Assembly: GCA_021432655.1 (NCBI GenBank)
Contig: MU271231.1
Span: 1 to 64,000, forward strand
Direction of reading: 5' to 3'
DNA from: Atractiella rhizophila
Lineage: Eukaryota
DNA length: 64,000 nt
Below the pieces are notes generated by a model, which did no database searches, was not told where the DNA came from, and saw only the letters and a program-made list of their open reading frames with translations. Both the position numbers and the translations under genes were made by a program. Shown piece after piece: positions 51,484 through 64,000 of this stretch (the first letter of the stretch is position 1; every line of letters starts with the position of its first letter).

Positions 51484-54400
51484 TCCTTATATAAACAAGT
51501 GTGTCAGTGCCCTCGTCCCTCGGGCATCCCCCCCTGCCAGGGGCTTTGCCCCTTGGACCCCAGCCTCCGGCGGCCACTGCGTGGGGCCTCGCCTTCGGCG
51601 AGCACATATGGACATGGGTTTTGGTATGAATCTATATGATTTCATTATAGGTCTACATGCATCCGATTGTGAAAATTCAAAACTTCTCTATACACTATAT
51701 TTTCCGTCCTCTTATTCTCTATCCCTTGCACTTGGTGTAAATAAACTCGAAGATTCTTAGCGTTCGAAACTCTAGAAAGTCCTACGTAAAGTTGTCCATG
51801 CGCAAAAACTGGTGTGTCCAAATACAATCCAACAGTCTCCACCGACTGGCCTTGTGACTTGTTGATGGTGAGACAGAAAGCCAATTTGACAGGGAATTGA
51901 AACCGCCGTAAGGTAAACGGGAATGAATTGGAGACCTTGCTATCCAATGCAATGCGTGGGATGAGGACTGAGGTGCCTGTGAATCCGCCTGTAATGATGG
52001 TAGCCTCAATGATACGGGAGAGCAGCTGGGTGATGATCAACCGTGTACCGTTACAGAGCCCAGCTGAAGGACTGAGGTTTCGTATTAGAATGATAGGGGC
52101 TCCAACTTTGAGATGAAGACGATGAAGAGGGAGACCCATCATATTGAGAGTATTGAGGTATTCAACTGTGAAGCCTTGTTGAATGTTCTCACTGTCGTCC
52201 ATCAATCGGTCAGCACTAAGGTAGATACGTTCCTGTCGGGAGACAAATTGTTGAATAAGCTGATCATTTATCATGTCAACATCAACATTCCCGGCAGTAA
52301 GAACCATGCGCTCTTGAAAGTATTGCCTCAACTCGACTGGGTTGACATCTTGTGTTATGGTGCTCAGTCCAGGGTATATGTCAGTCAGGAGACCGTCCAG
52401 ACCACGGGGTCGCCGGACTATTGTTTGGTCCTTCATAGTCAATGGACCACAGCCACAGTCATCTGGGTTATCTGTTGCGCCATTACCAACTGACAACAAC
52501 CATTCAGCAAAGCCAGAGGCAATAGCAAAGTCTCGGCTACTCATTTCGGCCCGGCAACGGAGCAGGTGCATATTTACTGTGAGAGGGAGGACTTGAACTG
52601 CTGGCCAAAAGGGACTGTTGATGACACACGCATCAACGATCTGTGCACGTGAAGCTTTGGGGATAACTGAGAGGCATTGTCGCATGTCGCCTAATTATTT
52701 ATCAGACATGAACTCTTTAACTTGATGCACTTACCACTAAGAACTAAAATAACTCCATCAAAAGGCACATCCACCTTACGTATATCTCTCAGCATCCGGT
52801 CAACTGCTTCAAAGCACCATTGATGACTCATTCCCACTTTGTCCCAAATTATCAATTCTGCCTCTCGGCAAAGTCGACCGTGATCACTTTGAGCCATAAC
52901 ACTGCAGACGGAATCAGCTTCAATGTCTAATGGGATCCGGAAGCGAGTATGGGCTGTTCGTCCACCTTCCAGCAGAATAGCAGCAATACCCGAAGAGGCC
53001 ACTGCCAGCGCAATTTTCCCCGCTGAACGCACCCTGGCAAGTAATAGGTTTTCAACAAACGTCTTTCCAGTCCCTCCTGGCCCATCAATACACCATTTCC
53101 ATTTTGCCATGCTTCTACAACCGTGTCATAAGCATGACATTGGTCCAGATTTAATGACGGTAACTCTGTCTAAATACGTGTGTGAAGTAGTGGTTGATCA
53201 TATGCAAGTTGTTCTCCAATAATCCTTGTCTCCCCTCCCCATCTTTCTAGTCGCTCTGCGGGTTGTGGTAGTCCAAAGTTACTTAGGGATTTACCATGAG
53301 CTTGGAGGAGATCTTCAATTTCGAGGAGACAGCGGCTGATAATTTGCTCATTCGTTGGATTGTCTACACCATATTTTGTCCGTAGAAGGTGTCTACAATC
53401 GTCACTGAGTTGCTCATGATGGCTGTCCCATAATCTTCTGGGTTCGCTGGCGACTCCAAATAGCAGGATGTAGACAAACAGAGATCGCATCGCAAAGCCA
53501 TTCTTGACTGTGCTGGCTTCATTGAGACAATAATCCCATTCTTCGTTACTTTCTAAGAGCCCAAGAGCCACACATGTAGCCTTGAAAGTCTCATGGACAG
53601 TTCCCTCGACTGTTTGGATATCCTCAAAAGATTTTGGGCTGGTGACCTGATGCAGAAGCATTCGGAGATAGAATAACTCCCCTTGCGATGGCGCAACATA
53701 GTAGATACGGCCAATGGCTTCTTGTCTCTTCCGGATTTTCCAAGAGCGTGAGCCTGACTTCCAGGTAAGGAATTGAGGAGCCTTAGGATAGGTAAGGTCT
53801 TCAGTAATGTTGGGGTTTTCCCGACAGTAAGTGAAGAACTCTGTCAACATTGTTTTAGCAATGTTGTTCCGGCCAAGAATGTCACCCAGGGACTCATCCT
53901 GAGGATTAAAGGTCACAGAATGCTAATCAGGGAGCTGTACTGCCAATCGAATAACCACAGGAAAATGCTGGTGTAAAGTAAAATGGAAAATCCTATAACA
54001 GGCTGTAAATTGTATCAAATAAGCCCTAACATCATCTCAGGAGTAGTTATTAACACTTACCTTCAGAAGATCCGATGAATCTAGCATCCAAGTACTCTTG
54101 AATCTCATCCACTACCCTAACATCACCTCGGGCGTTATGAAGGACAGCTTGTGCCCGATCATTTCCTTTGTAGATGTATTTGAAGAGGTACTTGATTGAT
54201 ATGATGGAGATGCAAAGTTCCACATTGATATGAGCTATAAAGCGCCGAAGGACATAACGATTGTCGTAAATAAATCCATTCCGTGATTTCTGAAAGGTAC
54301 GTCCATTGTTACAGCGACGGTAGGTGGGATAGCCATCCTCGTTAATGCCTGTCTCTTCCAGTTCGGAAACCCTTTGCCACAGATCTTTCTTCCAGGATTT

Positions 54401-56326
54401 TTAGGATCATCTATCATGCATGGAGCATCTGGGTTAATATCTCCACATGGTCCATGAAGCATATGATTGCAGACAATCTCAAACAATACAGGGTCGGTAT
54501 CCTTGTCAGGCAATTCGGCAGACACTATGCGGTCGATTGCCTCAACATCCCTGATGGTATCTTCAGGATTGAGGATGATAAGGATGTGAGCATGAGGAAG
54601 ACCATGTTTCTGAAATTCAATGGCCCAGACGAAGTCGACTAACTGTCCGAAGATTGAGTTATCCTTGATGTCGTGCATATAAGCCTTCACCTTTGCGTTG
54701 AAAACTCTCTGGTCGATCGGCAGCTGTTTGCCCTGGAAGTAGAGCTTCTATGATTTCTGGCCACCTTGGATCGCAAGTGAAAGTTGTGAAGATAGCAGGT
54801 GAACCTCGGTTCCCGACAATCGCCATAGCATCTTGGAATTGCTGGTTCATCTGGCGGGGACTTCCTGTGTGTGATGATGGTAGAATGGTCCGCTTCCCTC
54901 CTCCCCTTGAATCCGGAAAGAGTAGACTCCTTGCCCAGGAATAGGTGGCCACTTGACTCCAAGAGAAGTAAAGGAAAGAGCGTTATTGTAGGAGCGGATA
55001 TTTTCTCGAAACTGCTTTGATTCTTGGGTATCTGGGTTGATTAATAGCTGATGTAATTCTGCTGGTGGTTCTTCATAAGCAGGAAGAATAATCTTTCCCA
55101 GAGAACAACAGTTGTAAAACATTGGATTCCGCTTAGAGCTCCTTGCTATCCGTTCCTCGAGCCAATGTAAGCACCACATTCTGAGCAAAAGGCTTCATTC
55201 CATCCCGAAAGTCGGATGGCCTCCACTGTGTGTGGTAAGTAGTTGAATGAGGAAAAAGGATGCTGATCTTGTCTTGCATCCCGAGAAGCTATCACCGTTT
55301 GGTTAGGAAGATTGGGAATCTCAAATCCACTCTCCAGCTGTCCATCTGAGAGACTGTCATCGATTTCTTCACGTAAAGGTGGAGGGTCTGGCTGATGTCG
55401 GCGTCGGCATCCTCTAGGAGGTTCACACTGCTGCTGCTGCATATGAATTTGACGGGTCAAATGTTGAGGAGGTGTGGGTTGTGTAAGCTAAAAGCGCTGA
55501 GGCAGTCCTGCAGTATGTCTCTCTGAACGGCGGGGGAGATCAACAGGGCTATCTTCTTGCCTCTGCTGTTGGGCCCGAATTCGTGTCTCAGCACCTTTTT
55601 TTTGCTTGGGACGGGGCATAATGAGTCTACTTGGCCATCAGAAGCATATAAGAGGCTATATTTCACTTACATGTTAGTCCTTTCCTTCCCTTATGAATGG
55701 CAAAAGCCAACTTTTGGCACACAACTGAGAAATGATCAAACCACACTATATAAACAAATCACATGTACGCAGGGCAATTCTGGGCAAGGCTGCAAATGCA
55801 GGGCAACTCTGTGTAAGCCTGCTGCGGCGGAATTTGGTTCATTGCGGGCCTGCTGCGGCGGAATTGCAGGGACAGAGTTGGCTATTTTCTTGCTTTCAAG
55901 GGTTCAAGTCCGGTACAAAACGCATTTTTTCAACCCTTTCAGAATAAAATTTCCTTGTAGGTTCAGAAAGGGGCAAACATATGGGATATGATGGTATAAT
56001 ACATTTCATTCTATTCTGTATGGTGAGGGAGGTGTAAGGGCTCAAAAGTGCGTCTTATGACTCATGCCAAGAACTGATGAATCTTAGAGTATAGGATAGG
56101 ATAGGATAGCACGACAGGTTTGACCATGACTCACGTATGTACTTTTGAGCGCTTATATCACCGCCCACAACAACCCTTTCAGAATTCTGAGTATACCACC
56201 AGAATACGCGTGTCAGCGCCTTTCGAAGCGTATACAGCAAAGACCATTTTGAGACACGAAAACAAATTGTTTTCATGACTGAGTCAGGTGACTTCTCCCC
56301 GAGGGATGAGGGGGCCGCTCAGCTTG
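51484..56326 (+). mobile_element. Non-autonomous Helitron B split into 51484-51495 and 56107-56326 by Helitron 2
   Basis: Rejoining gives TCCTTATATAAA+TAGCACGACAGG, matching the 12309 start TCCTTATATAAAAAGCACGAAGGG; ends in hairpin-CTTG|T. Confidence 0.82.
51496..56096 (-). mobile_element. Helitron 2 (family A), both termini present, RepHel degenerate
   Basis: 5' TCCTATACTC at 56096; 3' hairpin-CTTG at 51496. IEFQKHGLPHAHILI, HMLHGPCG, IDGPGGTGKTF, TINKSQGQS. Intron 52691-52735; internal deletion near 54900. Confidence 0.95.
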
Positions 56327-57829
56327 TTACCAAAATGTTGCACAGAAAGTCTTTGAGCGATTTCCGACCGACAGCCAATGGCTTTCTTACCCAGATGAGA
56401 ATATAGCAGAACAAGCTCGTATTTACTACAGAGCTTTGATTAAGAGCAAACTGGAGTAGTATGTATTCTCATTTCTATCTTTGTGTTGGATTTTACAGTC
56501 TAGTTTTGTGCCACTCAGTAGCAAAGTTCTTTAGTTTCTGGAATGTTCTACTACTTTCTGCTATATAAACACATAGAATTCCATTTCCTGGTGCTCATGT
56601 GTTTGCAAGAGCTCAGCCAAACGTAACCAAGTCGTACTTAGCTCCGCTCCTCAGCCCATTGATTTCCAACATTTTGGTTGGCACTGGGCTTATATGACTC
56701 TAAGTCATTGGAGTGCTCTTCTACCAGCATCGTGTCTCGGGCCTCAATGTCTGTTTGCATGCATGTGTGCTACATTCCGCTCTGTCTCACAGGCTTCTTC
56801 TTGTCTGTACTGCTTGACTGATACATTGGTATGGGGACAGCTTGGATAAGCGATATGAGCAGCTCAAGAGTAACATGTCCAGCACTAGAATGGGTCTAAC
56901 GGAGGAGGGGGCACAAGAGGATCTGGAAGCATGGAACAAGCTTGGTTTATGGTTTCCAACTATCTCAGAGTGTTTCTATTTATGTTGGTCTACATAAGAC
57001 ACTGAAGAAGTTCCCATACTGGTGGCACATGTGCGAGCTGAAGGGACAATGCCACAACATCATCATACCTTCGAAGGGCAACTCTGCCACCCCAATTGAC
57101 ATCGCCAGCCTTCAGCAGAAGGATCCTCGAGCCATGATTGTGGAGGAAGAGGGAGGCAGGGTGAATGAGCTTGTTGCTGAAATACCAAGCTTTGTTGAGG
57201 TTCCAGTGGAGGAGGTTTTGTCCGGCAATGAAGAGTGAGAGCAAGATTCAGAGCACATGAAGAATGAATTTGTTGGTATGCACCTTTTCTATCTCCTAGT
57301 ATCATTAGTGAGAACAGCAAATGTGTCTGATCAGCTTGCACCTGGCCACATTGATAATGGTCTGTATTTTCTTCTGGCTCTCTTCCAACTGGCTAAGCTA
57401 ACGGGGGAACAGATGTGGATGTGGAAGAACACCCATTCAGTCCTAAAATCAACACTGACTGTGTGGGTATCAACCTCACTGCTGATGCTCCTGTTCCTCC
57501 TGCTGTGCTGTCCGATGAGAGTGAGTCGGAGGAAGTGTCGACATAGAAGCAGTGAAAAAAATATTTTGTCCTACTCATCTCGAAGGTTCCGAGGTCAAGT
57601 GGCCGGACATGCCCATGTTCTCAATCCACCACTGTCCCATTTCGAAATTTCGCTCTCTGACTGGGATATAATATGGAATATTGGAGTGTTGGTAAGTCTC
57701 GAAGTTAGCATTAACGTCAACGGGACCTGACTGATGTGCCTGTAGCGCACCAGCCATCAGTTGCTCCTGTGACTAGAAGCCCTTAGAATATCTTGATTAC
57801 ATTCTTTAGAGCAGTAATGTTATTGCCTT

Positions 57830-60800
57830 TGTAAAGACTTGCCTACTCCTCCTACTCATCATCATCAATTACAAACACCTTCAAAGGCCTATCACCCTCC
57901 ACATCCTCATCTGCTTCCACCCGACAAGTCCTCTTCCGTCCAGCTTTACCAACCCTCTCCCACCCCTCCTTCAAGAATGCTTCAGACTCTTCTTAGCGAG
58001 AAACTCTCCATCTTCGAACCGACTCCATGCTCTGAGGACAACAGCAGCATGAGAACTTTCAGGAGATAGTCGGTTTCGATGAGGAGTTATTGTATTACCG
58101 GCAATGGAGAAGACACGTTCGACATCAACAGATGTAACTAGCAGGATAGATATCAGTTTACTATTTAGAAATTTGAAAGGAGAAACTTACTGGGCATAGA
58201 CAGTGTATCAATGCCCCACTGCGTGAGATAGTCAATTTTCCCCTTCTTTACTGCTGTCCTCAAGCGATTTTCCCAATACAGCAATGGATTCGCAAGGTTC
58301 TCGATGACCGGCTCAGCTTGGTATTGGTCCCACAGGCTCAGCGTCGGATTCACCGTTGTGGATGTGTCGTCGAGGAGGTCGTCGAAGATATCTGAGGAAG
58401 TGGGGCTGGCGGATGGCTAAAGGCAATAACATGGTTAGTTATACATATACAAGACAGCACCAATCAAAGAGGAGAAACCTTACCTCTGATCCCTTCTTTT
58501 TGAGCGGGACCTCAAAGCTTCGGGATAGTACTTGTGAAGATGCTCAGTGATGAGGTGTTTGACCTCAACAATCCAATCTGCTGGCCATTCATGATTCTTG
58601 AAGTACTGAAGCTTGTAATTTGGAGCCGTATCTGAACAGGTACAAATTAGTTAATCACAGAGCCGCTGAGGAATATGAAAGAAAGTTGCTCACACATGGC
58701 CATTCGATAAAATGGAGAGTCATCCGTAAGGGAGTAATATTTGTTAAGAACCTTCGAAGCAGCCATTGCACGTGACGGACAACCTTTGACACCGTTGCAT
58801 TTGTTCGCACTTCGTCGAGATGCTCTTGAAGCTTGTCGATAATGGGGATCACTTTGTTAGCAAGGGGGATTCCCTTTTGGGAGATAAGGAGCGTAGCGTT
58901 GTAAAACGGCTGGATAACAACGTAAGAATATGAAGAAAATGAGTTAGCAAGAAAGCATGCCTTCCCCAGCTCCCATAAGTCTTTTAAAACAACCCACTCC
59001 TCCTCCGAAATTTCCCATTTCGCTAGACCGTACTCCTTGTTGTACTTTTGCGCAGTAATGTCGTTGATGAGCTCGCGGAGGCAGAGAACACTGGCGATAC
59101 ACAAATGGTAGGCATTCCAACGGTGCCTATCTCATTGTTAATAACAAAGTGGAGGTAGATTGAGGAAGACGAACCGTACAGCTCCCGATACTCTACCTTA
59201 TTGGCTTTCGCAAGTTTCTTGAGGAGCTCTGCCTTGGGTGTAGAGAAATGTATCACTTTGGCTAACCGTACCACCTGCACAAAGCAACCGGTAAGCATCA
59301 GGTCGATAGGTTGCAGAGACTTTGACTGACCTTGGTAACAAGATATTTCGCCGCCTTCCTCTCCTCTTCCGTCAGCTCCTCCAAATCCAACTCCGCATAT
59401 TGTTCTCACAATAGCTCATCTTCATCCATCTCTTGTCAGCAAGTTCCCCATCTCGTGGATCAACGCTTCCACCTCAGGATCGTCCTCATCTTTGTTTTTA
59501 GGGACGGCACCAAAAATCTCTTCTTCCTCATCCATACCATCTGCGCCCTTCTTTCTGGCATACAAGAACAGATGGCAGAGAGTCTAATCCAGTGTATCAT
59601 GTCAGATAATCCAAGAAATAAACGAAATGACTAACCAGCATCACTCTATTGAGAGCGTGAGCAAGGCATCGAACATAAGCATTCTTTCCAAGAAATGTGT
59701 CCTTCGAGGTGATACGAAGTACCTTGTTGGCGAGCTTTTCAGCAGCAGCGAGGTTATTAGAGGCGCTGTCGCCGCCGAAAGAGATAACCTAGAGTGTGTT
59801 TAGTTATCTTCGGACTTGGAATGAGTAAAACAAAGGAGTTGGAGCCTACCTTGTTGGCGATGCTGAAGTTGTCCCACATCTGAGCAATCGTCGCAGCAAT
59901 AAGATCACCTGTGTGTCGACCATACAATCTACATACGAGTATAAACAACCGAGAGCTACTAGGAGCAGGGAACTTACAGAATTAAGTCGAGGAGGACTTG
60001 ACGGAGTGCACCGTCCACGAAATAATGGACAGTGACCGTGAGGAGATTCGTGTGGTTAGATGCGGTCCAAATGTTGGTTGTTGAATGAAGGGACCCTCGA
60101 TGTGTCTAACGGATACAAAATATCAGCAGATATTACGAAGTAACAGAACATGTACCTGAAGATGCTTCGAGACCTTGTCTTTTGAAAAATCGAAATACTT
60201 CTTAATATCTGTCGATACTGTAGGCGCGCTTTGAATCTCCACTCCGCTGTAAAGCATCCGAAATACCTTCTGCAACTTGCGATCTTGAAGAATAGCGAAC
60301 GGCCTTCTGCTTTCGACGATCCATTCGGTCGAGAGGATGCGAAACGCCGCGCGTGAGTAGGTGCAAGCCATTGCTGTTTGAATGTTCGGCGTCGTTTCAA
60401 TCTTACAGGCGCGAAGATGTTTGCGCAGATTTGTTGTAGTGGCGTCGTTGATCGCATGGATAAGCGGGTCATTTTCAGGATTACTAGAACAGGCAAAGGT
60501 CAAATGAGAATAAAATAAGTGAGGGGTGCACACGTACATCATGCAATAGTAATGCAGATACAACTCCCCCTCACGGTTCCCCATCTTCTTTCCTCTCTTA
60601 TCAGTCGCAATTTCTACACGAAAATGCGCGTACAGCTCCTTTGTCTTTGCTGACACCCAGCTCCATTTCTTGCGCCCTGTATCCTAATGTTAGATCAATG
60701 AATTATGTCCAATGGGCAAACACTTACAGAATAAATTTTCATCTTCTGAAAGCTCAGGATCCGTTTCGAGCTCAGGGTCCTGAGCTTCCTTCCTCTTCTT

Positions 60801-60986
60801 CTTTCTCTTTTGAAGGCGCTTCTTCTTTGCACCCCGTTCCTCACTCCCAGAATCTGATTCAGCAGCAGCGGCAGATGCTGGTCTCGAGTCCTGTGCCTTC
60901 AAAGCCTTGTTTCTGGAAACGACGGCAGCGGAGCTAGACCATGGAGGAGATGGAGACGACGGAGTTGACCCGGTTGTGCTTGACAT
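57830..60986 (-). pseudogene. hAT transposase with introns, decayed
   Basis: TTTNLRKHLRAC, RRPFAILQD, IWTASN, HTGDLIA, DSASNN, VRCLAHALN, ISEEEW, PLLYW..LSMP, TSVDVERVFS (dimerisation domain). Confidence 0.88.
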
Positions 60987-61309
60987 GGTGAATGAAATGA
61001 AGAGTGTTGCCTATATGCATGTTGCATTCTGATGGGTGATAACACTTTTATACGAGAGAATAAGCTTACCAACATCTTCCAAACACTGCACCAAAGGGAG
61101 AAGAGAGTCGAGCTAGGATATCTGGATGCGTCACACGAGGATGAAAGTTGTCGAAGTCCTGGCCGTAAAATCATTGAGGTGTTGATTTCGAGTTTCGATC
61201 GCAGGCAGGATACCCGCGAATACTGAAATTCGTATTATTGTCTAAAACAGTTGTCCACAATTCATCTCTTGAATCCGAGCTCCATTAGAGCTTTATTAAG
61301 GCGAACATT

Positions 61310-62650
61310 TCAGATTGGCCCTGACTGTTTCAGTCCATAAAGACCTTTGACGAGCTTGAAGACTTTTCCTGAGCCATCATCAAAACCAAGAGGTGGCTTC
61401 ATATAGAGGTTAAGCTCCTCCTCTAAATCTCCATTCAGGTAAGCTCCTACTACATCCATAAGATGTATCTTCCAGCCATTGGCTGCCGCAAGCATGATGA
61501 TGATTGCTCGCAAAGACTCCATTCGAGTGACTGGGGCAAATGTTTAAAGTCTTGCCCAGGGATCTGACTGAATCCCTGTGCTACTAATCTTGCTTTGCAA
61601 CGCTTTACTCTTCCTTCCTCATCCCTCTTTCGTCAAAAAACCCACTTAGATCCAATCGCTTTATGATCCTTTGGTAACTTCACCAAAGTTCTTTCCCAGG
61701 TTGGATACTTCTCTAACAGCTTAATTTCCTTGTCCATGGCTTCTTCCCAACTCTCAGATTCGTTGGATTGTATTTCTTCCTCATAACTAGTGGGGTCGTC
61801 GTTTGAGGTGATCGACGTTGCGAAAGCAAATGCGAAGTTGGCAGCCGCACCTGCTGGGGGTAAGTTTGTTGGTTCTGGTACAGTCAATGACAAAGTAGTT
61901 TCTTTTGTTCGAGGTTTGGGTCGTGCTTTGACGTAGTGTAAGGTATAGTTGTCTACTTCAGGCCTTGCTTGTTTTCCTAATCCTGATTCATAGGTCTCGT
62001 TCCTGGTCTTGGTTTTTTGGTTTGAGTCTCTGGTTTGGAAGTTTGGAGTGGTATTGTTTTTGCAGGGGTTTCCTCTGTTGGTGTGTCCTTGTCCTTGCTT
62101 TCTACATTTGAGGGAGTGGGGTCCATGTTGATTTCAACTTCTTTTGGTTCTTCTTTGGTGAAGATGTAGTTTCACAACACAAGCACCTTTCTACTTTTTG
62201 GATTGAAGTATCATATTGCCTTTTGCCCATCTTCATATCCTATGAAGATCACTTTAACTGACTTTGGGCCTAGTTTGGACCAGTTCATTTCTTTCCTCAA
62301 AGACCTACATGTCTGTGCCAAACTCTTAGAGATGCTCGACTGTTGGTCTCTGGGTGGTCCATGCTTGGTGTGGGGTTTCGTCCTTTAGGGCTCATGTGAT
62401 GGAGCGATTTCTAAAGGTAAGCAGCATGTCTCACTGCTTTAGCCCACAGTTTAGGACTGTGATTTTTCGCAATTAGCATTGCCTGTGCGAGTTCAATTAG
62501 AGTGCGGTTCATGCGTTCTGCCACTCCGAGTTGTTGATGCGAGTGTGGTGCGGTGAGTTCTAGCTTTATTTCTTTCTCTCTTTCTAGCCAGTCTTTGACT
62601 TTTTCATTTAGGTATTCTGTTCCCCTATCAACTCAAATGCACTTTGGGGT
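61310..62650 (-). pseudogene. Copia integrase/RT fragment
   Basis: DRGTEY..GVAERMNRTL; KAIGSKWVF; MDVVGAYLNGDL..KGLYGLKQSG. Confidence 0.88.
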
Positions 62651-64000
62651 ACGCTCATACTTTCGTTCAACGGGGTTGATATATGATTGGATGTGCTTTT
62701 GGAAGCAGGCACAATTCACTTGGCTGCTGATTCGAGAGTATATGATCCTGTTAAGCAGAAGGATTGGCAAAACAAAGAACCTCTTTAGAGGAGACAAGAG
62801 GGTACGGGAATGGTGCCGTTGAACTTGAAATTAGCGGGGAACTGTGGGTTGTGCTAGCTTCGACAGGGTAACAATTCACCAGTCCTTCCACTCTCAATTC
62901 CGAGACTTCATCAAAAATGAGAAATGGACCGACCACCATTTTGCGGAGAACTAAACGATAAGCAAGGTCAGTGAAGAAAGTGGGCAGTATTGTTGCCAGT
63001 TGGACCATGCTCAAGCGAAGTTCGTCTGCTCCGCGTGTTGCGACTCCGCATCTCTCCTATGCCCTTCCCAGGTTGTCTCATGAAGTTGCCAAGGTGTCTC
63101 CTGCGCGTCGCTACGTCCATACCGCTATTAGTTCTATCCATCTCCACGGTGCTCACCTTCAATGTTTCTCATTTCTGGCTTCGTAGCGGCAACTCGGGGG
63201 ATACATTCGCCATTACTTTCATACGGTTGCATCTTGTCTAAAAGCCTGTGTTGGCCCGGTGCTTTATTGTGCTCAACATCTTTGGAGCAAGAAACATCGA
63301 AGCTGAATGATGTTCTCGTCAGACCACGCTGTCTCAATGTCGGACGGGGCCTGTTTCTGCCTCTCCCGCTGTTTCGACAGACTTGTTCTCTTGTGTTTTA
63401 ACAGAAGGTAAGTTTTGCTCTTTCTTCTTATTTCCTCATTCTGTTTCGAACTGTATATATTGCATTAGCAATACATTCAGGTTTGATATTTGATGATGAC
63501 AATATATAAGGGTCACACATTTCCTTATGGAATGCATGTATCCTCGTTCCTCTCCCGCTTAGTTCTACCGTCTAGATTGTAAGACGCCAAGTTAAATTTA
63601 AGGGCTATACCAGTGAAGGGATTGTGAGACTTGGTTCAAACTTGTTAAGCATGAAAACTTGCTTGGATTTCTGCTTAAACGACAATATTGCCACTCTTCA
63701 TAAAAGCTGAATTGGTTACACATTTCGTCTTGTATTTCAACATATTGCTTCTCGACTTCCTCAAAGTAAGCAGCTCAGTAGCAACGAAGATATTTCACCG
63801 ACTCCTTCCAAATGTTCTCGCTATTTCTTCTTTGCCTGCTTCATCATACGGTAAACCAAGATCGAAAGCTGGCACTTCAACATCTAGCGCGAGGAGTTAC
63901 TGAAAGGATGTGTTTTGCATAGTTGGTTCTGCAAAAAATCAACGGTATTTTCATTGAGATGCATGCTACTTATGCTGTTCTCCTGAAGATGCCTCAGAAG

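Noticed and set aside
51495..56327. A novel TIR-bearing or double-ended Helitron (ACAAG...CTTGT)
   Set aside because: Explained by family A nested in family B; each has its own TC start and CTTG end.
56560..57800. Short ORFs between Helitron B and the hAT transposase
   Set aside because: No recognisable motifs or consistent exon structure.
62970..64000. Possible second F-box/LRR pseudogene
   Set aside because: Only vague leucine periodicity with many stops; cannot be supported by eye.

Overview
Eukaryotic, intron-containing DNA of basidiomycete-fungal type (inferred from short GT-AG introns, a FunK1 kinase, Plavaka and TET/JBP-like genes). It is a nested transposon graveyard with few host-type genes. 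Contents in order: a frameshifted TET/JBP-like 2OG-Fe(II) dioxygenase; a decayed LINE; a young gag-less Copia (200-bp LTRs, GTTTC TSD) sitting in a palindromic AAACATGTTT satellite, with two more copies of the family also abutting that satellite; an F-box/LRR gene; a hAT MITE; a solo LTR; two RepHel Helitrons and four non-autonomous Helitrons (5'-TC...hairpin-CTTG-3', A|T target); a second Copia and a Plavaka transposase, both cut by one blunt 5.5-kb inversion (33781-39329); a DUF6532-like gene; an apparently intact FunK1 kinase; an MFS sugar-porter pseudogene; and hAT, PIF/Harbinger and Copia remnants. Best candidates for new biology: satellite-targeted Copia integration, an intron-like 56-nt module in that Copia's LTR, and Helitrons inserting into the 5' tips of other Helitrons. 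All family assignments come from motif recognition by eye, not database searches.
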